Source: Polyangiales bacterium
GTDB taxonomy: Bacteria > Myxococcota_A > Polyangia > Polyangiales > Polyangiaceae
Direction of reading: 5' to 3'
DNA length: 64,000 bases
NCBI GenBank assembly: GCA_038231275.1
Contig: JBBRLQ010000023.1
Coordinates: 1-64,000 of the forward strand
The notes under the pieces were generated by a model. It did no database searches. It worked only from the letters and a program-made list of their open reading frames with translations, and had not been told where the DNA came from. Numbering within the stretch: position 1 is the first letter of the stretch; every line of letters begins with the position of its first letter. Positions 42,795 through 51,514 of the stretch are shown here, one piece after another. The translations under genes and the position numbers were made by a program.

Positions 42795-45700
42795 CGGAGA
42801 AGGTGATCGTCGAGAGCGAGCGGCAGGTCGAGCGGCTCGCGCGAGAGGGGACGGTCGCCGAGACGCGCAGCACGCTGGCGCGCCGGCTCATCGAGCAGCT
42901 CGCGCCCGACCTCGAACTGGCGTCGCCCGAGCTCGCGCGCCTCGCGCTCGACGTTGCGCTCGCGCGAGACGCGTCGCGTGATCCGCTCCTCGCGCGGCTC
43001 GCGCGCGCAGGAGGCAGCGCGTGGCTGCGGACCGTCGACGCGCTCGACACCGCCCTCGGCGCCTTGCGAAAGGCGGCCGTGACCGCCGATGCGCTCGCGG
43101 ACGCCGCGACGGCGGGGGGCGTCGCGGGCGCGCGCGCGCGGACGCTGGAGGCCGCGATGCGCGGGCTGGACGACGGGCTCGAGCGCGCCGGGCTCGTCGA
43201 TGGCCGCGCCGCGGGGTCCCGCCTCGCTCGCGTCCTGGCGACCGTGTCGCCCGATGCCATCGCGGCGGCGGTCGGCGGCGTGCGCGTCGTCGCGCGTGGC
43301 ATCGTCACCTGGGACGCCGCCGATATCGCGTGGTGGCGCGGCCTCGATCTCGCGCTCTCCCGCAGGGGCGGTGGCGCGAAGGTCGAGCTCCCCTCGTTCG
43401 ATCGCGTCCTCGAGCCGGATCGCGAGCGCGATCCGCTCGAGATCATCGCCGACGACCTCGCGCGTGGGCTGGACGACGCGCCGGCGTTCGCGGCGATCGA
43501 CGCGCCGCTGGGCGATCTGCGCTTCGAAGGGGCGCTCCCGCGCGAGGCCACGACACAGCTCGAGGTGCGTCGCGCCGCCGACGCGATCGCGCAAGCGCGC
43601 GCGGTCGCCGACGCCGTGACCGATGCCATCCTGGCAGGGGCGCCCATCGATCGGATCGCCGTCGCCCTCCCGCGCCTCGACGAGGAGACGATGGCGCCGC
43701 TTCGCCGTGTCTTCGACGACGCGGGACTCGTCGCGCACGATCCGCGCGGGCCGGCGCCGGCGGGAGCCGGGCTCGTAGCGTGCGCGATGGATGCGCTCGC
43801 GATCGCGGCGCGCGGTCTCCCGCGGCGAGACGTGGCCGTCCTCCTGCGCTCGCGTTACCTCGACGTGCAAACGCTCACGGGGATCGCCGAGCGCCGCGAC
43901 GCCACGTCGAAGCTCCTCGACCTCGCGCGCGCGCTCGAAGAGACCCCGACCGCGCGCGACGCGGACGGACGCGGGCCGGTCGCGGCAATGGTGGCGACCG
44001 CGCGTGCGTATCGACCTCGAGCCGATCGCGAAGAGGAACCGAGCGTGGTGATGTCGCGCGCCGATCTCGCGTCCCGCATCGGGCAGATCCTCGCCAGGGG
44101 CGGCGCCGCGCGAACGGCGAGCGAGCACGCAACGTCCGCGCGCACGCTGTTCGCGGCGCTGGGCCTGGGGCCGCGGATCGGGCACGGCGCGCGCGTCGCG
44201 CTGGCCAAGGACGCGCCGCCGCTCGGCGTCGCGCGCGCCGAGCTCCGGGCGCTCGCGCGCGACGCGCACGCGTGGGACGTCCTCACGCGCGCGATCGACG
44301 CGTACGAGGCGGCGGCGCGCCGACTGGGGCTCGCCGACGCGCCGGCGAGCGACGAAGCCTTCCGGCACCACCTCGCGCGCGTCCTCGAGGTAGGCGCGCC
44401 CCCACTCGGCGCGGCGCGCGCCGGGACACTGCGCGTCGCTCGCCTCGCCGAGCTGGCCCACGAGGAGCTCGCGCTCTTGGTCGTCGTCGACGCGAACGAC
44501 GGCGTCTTGCCGTCGAGCCCTGCGCCGGATCCGCTGGTGCCCGACGCGCTGTCGACGCTCTTGAGGAAACAGGCGCCCGCCGCGGCGCCTGCCGGCCATT
44601 CGCTCCGTCGCGCGCGCGAGCTCGCGGCGCTGGGGCTCGCCGTCGCGGGCGCGTCGCGCGTGGTCGTCACGTGTCGTGCGCGCGACGAGCAAGGTGGGCT
44701 CCTCGCGGCGGCGCCGCTCGTGGCATGGCTCGAGAAGGGGAACGTGCCGTCGGTCCCTTTCCGCGCGTCGCGCATTCGCGATCGCGCGCTCTCGCCGTCG
44801 GATGCGCGGCTCGCGTGGCTCGCGTCGGCGCCGGAACACGCGGCGGTCCTCGCCCCCGATGCCGCACGCCGGGCGGCGATCGAGGGACGGCGCGAGTCGT
44901 TCTTCTACGATCCATCCCGCGCGGGAGACGAGGTGGTAGGAGCGTTGACCTCCACGTCCGAGATCGCTCACGCCCTCGCTGCGGAGACCGGTGCGTCGCA
45001 CCCCCTCGCGGTGACCTCGCTGGAGCGCGTCGCGGACTGCGCGTTCAAGGGCTTCGCCGAGGTCGTCTTGGGCGCGCGTGATCGCGAACCTCGCGGCGAG
45101 CTGCCCGACGTCCGCGAAGAGGGGACGCTCGTGCATGCCGCGCTCGCCGCCGCGTTCCGGGCGACGGCGGATCTCTGGACCGCGCGCCCGCGCGACGCGG
45201 CGGCGATCGAGGCACGGGCGCTCGCCGCCGCCGACGCGCTCTTCGCAGGTGAGCTCGTCGGCTCTTCCCTCCGCGACATCATGGTCGCGCGCGCGCGCGA
45301 CTCGGTGCGCGCCGTCCTCGCCTGGAGCTTGACCGACGACGCATGGGACTTTTTCGCGGCCGAACAGCCGTTCGGCGAAGCCGGCCCGGGCGCGTGGCCC
45401 CCGTTCGCGATCGAAGCCGCCGGCGCCATCGTGAAGCTACGCGGAAAGATCGACAGGGTCGACGCTGCCCACGCCGCCGCGCGCGCGCGCGCCATCGACT
45501 ACAAGGGAAACAAGCGAAAGGCGGCGGACGTCGCCCGCACGCTCGGGAGCACGTCCTTTCAGGTCCCGCTCTATGCCCTCGTGGCCGCGCGGGCGACCGA
45601 GCGCCCCGGGGCCGCGGGTCTGTATCTTCCGACCGGCGCGCGTGATCTCTCGCCCGATTACGCACCGAAGGACGCGTTCACCAAGAAGTGGGCGGACCTC

Positions 45701-45904
45701 ATGATGCGCGCGGGTGGCGACGGCACGCCCACGCTCGTCGAGCAGGCAGCGCTCGCGGTCATCACGAAGCTCCGCGCCGGCGGCCTCCTCCCGATCCCGG
45801 CGGAGCCCGCGATTTGCCGCACGTGCCGCGCGCGTGGCGGGTGCAGGCAGCCGCGCTTCGCCGTCGCCCCGGAGGAGGACGAGGGCGAGGAGGGATTGGT
45901 GTAG
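42791..45904 (+). CDS. addB: AddB-like subunit: degenerate helicase plus PD-(D/E)XK nuclease
   Basis: TTG overlaps the slt stop; SLERVADCAF, EGTLVH, RGKIDRVD, IDYK, QVPLY, CRTC-x5-C. Confidence 0.82.
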   Translation: MTEKVIVESERQVERLAREGTVAETRSTLARRLIEQLAPDLELASPELARLALDVALARDASRDPLLARLARAGGSAWLRTVDALDTALGALRKAAVTADALADAATAGGVAGARARTLEAAMRGLDDGLERAGLVDGRAAGSRLARVLATVSPDAIAAAVGGVRVVARGIVTWDAADIAWWRGLDLALSRRGGGAKVELPSFDRVLEPDRERDPLEIIADDLARGLDDAPAFAAIDAPLGDLRFEGALPREATTQLEVRRAADAIAQARAVADAVTDAILAGAPIDRIAVALPRLDEETMAPLRRVFDDAGLVAHDPRGPAPAGAGLVACAMDALAIAARGLPRRDVAVLLRSRYLDVQTLTGIAERRDATSKLLDLARALEETPTARDADGRGPVAAMVATARAYRPRADREEEPSVVMSRADLASRIGQILARGGAARTASEHATSARTLFAALGLGPRIGHGARVALAKDAPPLGVARAELRALARDAHAWDVLTRAIDAYEAAARRLGLADAPASDEAFRHHLARVLEVGAPPLGAARAGTLRVARLAELAHEELALLVVVDANDGVLPSSPAPDPLVPDALSTLLRKQAPAAAPAGHSLRRARELAALGLAVAGASRVVVTCRARDEQGGLLAAAPLVAWLEKGNVPSVPFRASRIRDRALSPSDARLAWLASAPEHAAVLAPDAARRAAIEGRRESFFYDPSRAGDEVVGALTSTSEIAHALAAETGASHPLAVTSLERVADCAFKGFAEVVLGARDREPRGELPDVREEGTLVHAALAAAFRATADLWTARPRDAAAIEARALAAADALFAGELVGSSLRDIMVARARDSVRAVLAWSLTDDAWDFFAAEQPFGEAGPGAWPPFAIEAAGAIVKLRGKIDRVDAAHAAARARAIDYKGNKRKAADVARTLGSTSFQVPLYALVAARATERPGAAGLYLPTGARDLSPDYAPKDAFTKKWADLMMRAGGDGTPTLVEQAALAVITKLRAGGLLPIPAEPAICRTCRARGGCRQPRFAVAPEEDEGEEGLV

Positions 45905-45913
45905 GGTGACCGC

Positions 45914-48900
45914 GTGGAGTCCCCGGCCGACCTCCTCTTTCCCTTCCGCCGGAACCTCGTCGTCGCCGCGAGCGCCGGCACGGGAAAGACACACGCGCTG
46001 GTCGGCGTCATCGTCCACATGGTCGTCGGCGCTGGCGAGCTCGGCGGCAACGGACTGCACGCGCCGGTCGATCCGTCGCGCATCGTCGCGACGACCTTCT
46101 CTCGGAAGGCCGCCGCCGAGATCCGCGCACGCGTCGTCGAAGAGCTCGAGCGCCTCGTCGCCGGTGACCCCAGCGCCAAGTACCGCGCCGATCTCGATCG
46201 CGCCTGCGAGAGGGTAGGCGCGCTCCCGTGGGGCGATCACCACGTCAAGGAGCGCGCGCGGAAGGCCCTCGACGGCATCGGCCGCGCGCAGATCGGGACG
46301 CTGCACGGCTTCGCGACGACGCTGGTGCGTGCGCATGCGCTGGAGGCCGGCCTCTCCCCCAGCTTCGAGATCGCGGCAGAGGACGACGCCCGGAAGCGCA
46401 TCGAAGAGGCCATCGTTCGGGTGCTCGAGCGTCGCCTAGGGCCGGATCTACGGGACTTGGTCGACGCCGCGGGTGGCGTGGATCGGCTCGTCGCTCAGCT
46501 CGCCTCGCAGCTCGCGCGCCTCGAGGAGGACGGTCGTGGCGCGGCGGCGCTGACGGTCGCGTCCGACGACGCGCGCAGGATCGACGACGCGATGCGCGAG
46601 CTCGTCGAGCACGCCAGGGCCCTCTCGTCCGAGGAGAAGCTCGCCGAGGTCGCGACGGGCATGCTCTCGGCATGGAGCGCTGCGGAGCCTGGCGCGATCG
46701 TCGACGCCGCCACCGCGCTCTGCGGCCTGCGCCTGTCCGCGAAGAGGGGCCCCGCCCTCGAGGCCTTCCAGGTCTTCCGCGGCGAGCTGCCGGGCGGGCG
46801 CATCACCAACCCCGAGCGCGGTCGCAGGCTCGCGCGCACGTGGCTCGCGCGCGATCGCTTCTGCGGTGCCGCGACGGCGGCGCGCGCGCTTCTCGTCGAG
46901 TGCCAGGACGAGATCGCGAAGGATGTTCAGCGGACGAGCCTCCTCGGCTTCGGGGACGTGCTCCGCGTCGCGCGCGACGTTCTCCGCGACGATATGGGCG
47001 CGGCGCGCGAGGTCGCGGCGTCGCTGGATGCATTGCTCGTCGACGAGTTCCAGGACACGTCACGCCTCCAGCGCGAGCTCGTGCAGCTCCTCTGGGCCCG
47101 TGACGAGCGCCGCGTCGCCGGCGAGGTCCCCGCGATCGGAGACGTCCGCCCGCACGGCCTCTTCGTCGTCGGCGACCGCAAGCAATCCATCTACGGTTTT
47201 CGGGGCGCCGACGTTGGCGTCTTCGCGGAGCTGTGCGTCGGCCTCGCGGGGGCACCTGCACGGAGCGCGCTCGGGATCGCGCCAGGCGCAGCGTGGGAGC
47301 CCGCCACGCCGCTCGCGGATTTCGTCTCGCTGCGCCACAACCGCCGCGGCAACGCCGGCTTGCTGGCCTTCGCGAACGCGTTCAGCCGCGAGCGCTTCAC
47401 GGTTCGCGAGCCTCCGCCGGAGTTGTACGAGATCGCCTACGTTCCCGAGACGGAGGATCTCGTCGTCCCGCCCGAGCGCGACGCGACGGTGCACGTCGCC
47501 ACGACCTGGCTGCGCTGGGACGAGGACGCGAAGGTGTCGCGCGTCGACGAAGGCGTCGCCATCGCCGACCGCATCCACCGCATGATCGACCTGGGCGAGC
47601 CTCGGGTCCGCGGAAATCCACCTTCCTACCGCGACGTCGCCGTCCTCGCGCCCACCAACGAGATGCTCGACGCCGCCGCGTTCGCGCTCGCGCAGGCCGG
47701 AGTTCCTCATGTCGTCGCCGGCCGAGGCTTCTACGCGTCGACCGAGGTGCACGACCTGAGGAGCATGCTAGCGCTGGTCCTCGATCCGAAGGACCGGCTC
47801 GCGATGCTGGAGGTCTTGCGCGGACCGTGGATGGGCGCGCACGACGAGTCGCTGCTGGCGCTCACGGATCCCGGACGCGGCCTCGCGGAGATCGGCGTCG
47901 CGTGGGAGCGCGGCGAGCGCCGTGGCCTAGCGCGTGCGGAGGATCGTGACGCCCTCGTGCGCCTCCGAGGCGTGGTCTCCGAGCTGTGGCGCAACCTCGA
48001 TCGCCTCGGGCCGGGAGGCGTCCTTCGCGAGGCCGTGCGTGAGCTCGCGCTCGAGGAGGTGCTGGTGCTCTTGCCGCGTGGCGAGCAGCGCATCGCGAAT
48101 GTGCGCAAGCTGGTGGCGTTGGCCGAACGCGAGCCGAACGTTGTTCGCTTCCTCGAGCGCCTCGATCATCTGATCGATCGCGACGCGTCGGAGTCCGAGG
48201 CCGCGACCTTCTCCGACGAGGACGACGCGGTGCGCCTCCTCACCGTCCACGCGAGCAAGGGTCTGGATTTTCCGATCGTGTTCTTGCCGGAGCTTGGACG
48301 AATGCCGCGCGTGCGCGAACGCGGGACGCTCGCGATCGATCTCGGCACGGCCGGTGAGGCGCCCGTCATCGCCGCGCGCATCCCCGATCCGCAAGGCGGC
48401 ACTCTGGAGCCGCCGTCGTACACGCGCGTCATTCGTACCGCCGATCGCCGCGACCGAGCCGAAAGGCAGCGCCTCGCGTACGTCGCCGCCACGCGGGCGT
48501 CGACCGCGATGATCCTCCTCGGCGATCGCCGCCCGCCCAAGAGCGGCGACGGCCTCCGCTACTTCGCGACCGACGCCGCGGCGCTGCGTGCGCTGGCCGA
48601 GGATCCGTTGCGTGCGGAGGCGGCGGCGCTCGCCGTCGAGGTCGTGCCGCCGACCGAGGTGCGGTCTGCCCTCTCGCCGGACGCCTCGCCGCTGCCGCCG
48701 CCGCCCATCGATCCGCGCCCGTCCCCCCCGGCGTGGCGATCGCTCGCGATCGCGCCGACGTCGCTCCAGGATTTCTCGCACTGCCCGCGTCGCTTCCAGT
48801 TGGTCCACGTCCTCGGCTTGCCCGAGCGTGTACCCGCAGCGCTCGCCATCGCCGAGCCGCGCGAGCAAGAGAGCGGAGCCGGCACGGCGCGTCTCGACGC

Positions 48901-49552
48901 GCGCGCGGAAGGCACCCTGGCGCATCGAGTCCTCGAGCGGCTGCCCAAGGATGCCTTCGGTTCGCCGGACGTCGCGCGGATCGCGAGCGAGATGCTCGCA
49001 CGCGAGGGGATCGCGCCCGATGACCCAGCCCACGCGCTCGTCGTGGCGAGGGTCGCGAAATTTGCAGGGGGCGCCTACGCGGCGCGCGTCGCGAGGGGAG
49101 GTGGCGATCTCGCGCGCGAGGTGCCGTTCGTCTTGCGGGTGCCCGACGCCGAGGGGCGCGTGGTCGCCCTGCGGGGCAGCATCGATCTCCTGGTGACGTG
49201 GCCCAACGGGAGCGTGGAGGTCGTCGACTACAAGCGCGCGCGCGGGCCATCGTCGGATCCGTACGCGTTCCAGCTCGATCTCTATCTCCTCGCCGCGCGC
49301 GAGATGCATCCGCGCGCGCCGCGAATGCGGGCCGGCATCGTCTTCCTCGGCGGAGACGCAGGCGAACCGGTGTGGCGTGCGTCGAAGGATCCGGCACGCA
49401 TGCGCGCGCACCTCGCCGAGCTGGCCGCGAAGCTCGTGCACGCGCGCTGGACGGAGTCATTTCCTCGCGTGCCGCCGCCTCGCTGCCGGGCCATTCGTTG
49501 CGGTTACTTCAGGAGCTGCCACCCCGGCGAACGCACGACGGAGCGGGCATGA
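45914..49552 (+). CDS. addA: AddA-like UvrD helicase plus nuclease
   Basis: ASAGTGKT, TTFSRKAA, DEFQDT, VGDRKQSIYGFRGAD, TVHASKGLDF, YVAATRA, GSIDL, VVDYK, QLDLY. Confidence 0.9.
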   Translation: MESPADLLFPFRRNLVVAASAGTGKTHALVGVIVHMVVGAGELGGNGLHAPVDPSRIVATTFSRKAAAEIRARVVEELERLVAGDPSAKYRADLDRACERVGALPWGDHHVKERARKALDGIGRAQIGTLHGFATTLVRAHALEAGLSPSFEIAAEDDARKRIEEAIVRVLERRLGPDLRDLVDAAGGVDRLVAQLASQLARLEEDGRGAAALTVASDDARRIDDAMRELVEHARALSSEEKLAEVATGMLSAWSAAEPGAIVDAATALCGLRLSAKRGPALEAFQVFRGELPGGRITNPERGRRLARTWLARDRFCGAATAARALLVECQDEIAKDVQRTSLLGFGDVLRVARDVLRDDMGAAREVAASLDALLVDEFQDTSRLQRELVQLLWARDERRVAGEVPAIGDVRPHGLFVVGDRKQSIYGFRGADVGVFAELCVGLAGAPARSALGIAPGAAWEPATPLADFVSLRHNRRGNAGLLAFANAFSRERFTVREPPPELYEIAYVPETEDLVVPPERDATVHVATTWLRWDEDAKVSRVDEGVAIADRIHRMIDLGEPRVRGNPPSYRDVAVLAPTNEMLDAAAFALAQAGVPHVVAGRGFYASTEVHDLRSMLALVLDPKDRLAMLEVLRGPWMGAHDESLLALTDPGRGLAEIGVAWERGERRGLARAEDRDALVRLRGVVSELWRNLDRLGPGGVLREAVRELALEEVLVLLPRGEQRIANVRKLVALAEREPNVVRFLERLDHLIDRDASESEAATFSDEDDAVRLLTVHASKGLDFPIVFLPELGRMPRVRERGTLAIDLGTAGEAPVIAARIPDPQGGTLEPPSYTRVIRTADRRDRAERQRLAYVAATRASTAMILLGDRRPPKSGDGLRYFATDAAALRALAEDPLRAEAAALAVEVVPPTEVRSALSPDASPLPPPPIDPRPSPPAWRSLAIAPTSLQDFSHCPRRFQLVHVLGLPERVPAALAIAEPREQESGAGTARLDARAEGTLAHRVLERLPKDAFGSPDVARIASEMLAREGIAPDDPAHALVVARVAKFAGGAYAARVARGGGDLAREVPFVLRVPDAEGRVVALRGSIDLLVTWPNGSVEVVDYKRARGPSSDPYAFQLDLYLLAAREMHPRAPRMRAGIVFLGGDAGEPVWRASKDPARMRAHLAELAAKLVHARWTESFPRVPPPRCRAIRCGYFRSCHPGERTTERA

Positions 49553-50204
49553 GCATGCGCTCGGCGAGCGAGCAGTAGCCCTCGCGCGCCACGATGACGT
49601 GATCGACCAGCGGCGTGCCGACGACCTCGGCCGCCTCCGCGATGCGCTCGGTGAAGACGAGGTCCTCCGGGCTCGGCGTCGGATCGCCGCTCGGGTGGTT
49701 GTGGACGAGCACGAAGGCGCTCGCCCCTTCGCGGAGCGCGCAGCGCAGCGGATCCCGCGTGCCGACTTGCATCCCATGCAGCCCGCCCATCGCCACCCGC
49801 CGCGCCGCGCGTAGCCGATTCGCCCCGTCGAGCGCGACGACCCACAGCTCTTCGTGCTCGAGCGCCGCCAGTCGCGGGCGGGCCCATCGCCACACATCCG
49901 CCCCGTCGCGAATCCGCAGCGGCGCGGGATCTGCCGACGCGCGCCGCCCGAGCTCCATCGCCGCCGCGATTCGCGCCGCCTTCGCCGCTCCCACGCCTGC
50001 GCGCGCCGCGAGCCCGCCGAGGCCCGCGCGTGCGACGCCCGCGAGATCTCCGTGTTCGTCGAGCAGGGCGGCCGCGAGGGCGAGCACCCCTTCCTTCGCG
50101 TGCCCGGTCCCGAGCAATAGCGCGATCAGCTCGGAGTCGGCGAGCGCGCCAATCCCGTCCTCCACCGCGCGCTCGCGCGGCCCTCGTGTCGGAAGCGGCT
50201 GCAT
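49509..50204 (-). CDS. radC: RadC/JAB-domain protein
   Basis: PRER..ELIALLLGTG, HhH GVGAAKA, HNHPSGDPTPSPED, DHVIV. Confidence 0.95.
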   Translation of the reverse strand: MQPLPTRGPRERAVEDGIGALADSELIALLLGTGHAKEGVLALAAALLDEHGDLAGVARAGLGGLAARAGVGAAKAARIAAAMELGRRASADPAPLRIRDGADVWRWARPRLAALEHEELWVVALDGANRLRAARRVAMGGLHGMQVGTRDPLRCALREGASAFVLVHNHPSGDPTPSPEDLVFTERIAEAAEVVGTPLVDHVIVAREGYCSLAERMLMPAPSCVRRGGSS

Positions 50205-50216
50205 GCCCAGCGCTAG

Positions 50217-50232
50217 AGCACTCGCCGTGCCA
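50217..50232 (-). promoter_or_regulatory. Sigma54-like -24/-12 promoter of radC
   Basis: TGGCACGGCGAGTGCT (GG-N10-GC). Confidence 0.6.
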
Positions 50233-50367
50233 CGCGCATTTTACTGAAAAATCCTTCTCGCCGGCGCGCGCCGCACCGTCCCGTTCGCCGGTGGGGTGTC
50301 CCCGGACGCCCGCGCCGAGGTCTCCGTGCACGCGTGCGTGCAACGTCTGGCTGCCGGGTGAGACCGG

Positions 50368-51309
50368 TCAGCTTCCGCAGATGCCGACGACGCCGCTGAA
50401 CGTCGTGCCGCTCGCCCGGCACGCCTGGCCCATCGGGCACGGATGCTGGCCGGAGCCCTTCGCGGTGTCGCAGAGCTGGAAGCACTTGCGCGCGCCCGGC
50501 GCGCCGAGGCACACGAGGTCCTTGTCGCAGTGGTTCGTCTCGCAGTCCTCGCCGATTCCGCGGGGGCCGATGTCGAGGCACGTCTTGATCTCGAGCGCCT
50601 TGGCGTCGAGGGCGACGCCGCACTGCTTGTCGGCCGGGCACTGCGCGGAGTACTGGGAGAGGAGCTCGCAGCTCTTGGTCGGCATGCACACCGGCACCAT
50701 CAAGCTGTTGCTGCTGACGATCGGCTGCACGTCGCAGAACGTCGTCGGCTCGCAGGCGTTGGCCTCGCAGCAATACTTTCGGCACTGCGCCTGGGTGTTC
50801 GAGTTGGCGCCGACGCATTCGTGCCCCGCCATGCACTGCGCCGAGGCGAAGCAGGTGCCCGTCGTGGTCCCATCAGGTGTGCACACCGGCGCAAGGCCCT
50901 GCCCCTGCGGGTCTCGCGCGACGTGGCACGCCATTGCGGCGTCCGGGTAGGCCAACGCGCCCGCGTCATTGGACTTGGCGGCTTGGTAGCAGTCGTTCGT
51001 CGCCGCGCCACTGTCCCCGGCGTTGTCGAGTTGTGCGTTGCAGACGTTGGACGGCTTGTGCCCGCAGAGAGGGCTCGAGCTGAACTCCGTGGGCAGCGGC
51101 GGCGTGACGCCTGCGTCCGCCGGTCCCAGGGGGAGCCCGCTCGTTCCGGCGTCGCCACCCGCGCCGCCGCTCCCCGCGTTGCTGTCCGCCGCTGCGGGGG
51201 CGAACGAATCGGACGAGGCGACGCCAAGCCCGCCGCACCCAGCCGCCGCCGCGATGGCGCAGGACGCCAGCAGCAAGACGATGGGGAGGGCGGTGCGTCG
51301 AAGCGACAT
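50368..51309 (-). CDS. Cys-rich lipoprotein
   Basis: Lipobox-like AAGC, Gly/Asp linker, more than 20 Cys in short modules. Confidence 0.8.
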   Translation of the reverse strand: MSLRRTALPIVLLLASCAIAAAAGCGGLGVASSDSFAPAAADSNAGSGGAGGDAGTSGLPLGPADAGVTPPLPTEFSSSPLCGHKPSNVCNAQLDNAGDSGAATNDCYQAAKSNDAGALAYPDAAMACHVARDPQGQGLAPVCTPDGTTTGTCFASAQCMAGHECVGANSNTQAQCRKYCCEANACEPTTFCDVQPIVSSNSLMVPVCMPTKSCELLSQYSAQCPADKQCGVALDAKALEIKTCLDIGPRGIGEDCETNHCDKDLVCLGAPGARKCFQLCDTAKGSGQHPCPMGQACRASGTTFSGVVGICGS

Positions 51310-51448
51310 GGTCTCGGACCTCTGAAAGCGTAGGACGTTTCGCGGAAGAAGCTCCAGCAATGCGCTGCGTTTCGAGCCTCGTGACCTTGGTGAATACACG
51401 GCGCGTGCCGGGGAATCACTCCGCGAAACAATTACCTATTTCGCCTAG

Positions 51449-51499
51449 TTGGCCCCCTCCGCCGCCGCTCCCCATGGCGGCGGTGTCAGGCTGAGCCAA
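51449..51499 (-). terminator. Intergenic hairpin after the propeller gene
   Basis: CCGCCGCC/GGCGGCGG stem with outer TTGGC/GCCAA; no clear U-tract. Confidence 0.35.
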
Positions 51500-51514
51500 A
51501 GGCTCGCGTGCGCT

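Noticed and set aside
42791..50204. Helicase/nuclease plus JAB protein as an anti-phage defence system
   Set aside because: The architecture matches housekeeping AddAB and full-length HhH-containing RadC. No cyclase, E1/E2 or effector genes are present.
51398..51410. Possible sigma54 box CGGCACGCGCCGTGTA (minus strand) upstream of the 50368 lipoprotein
   Set aside because: The -12 dinucleotide is GT rather than GC, too weak to call.
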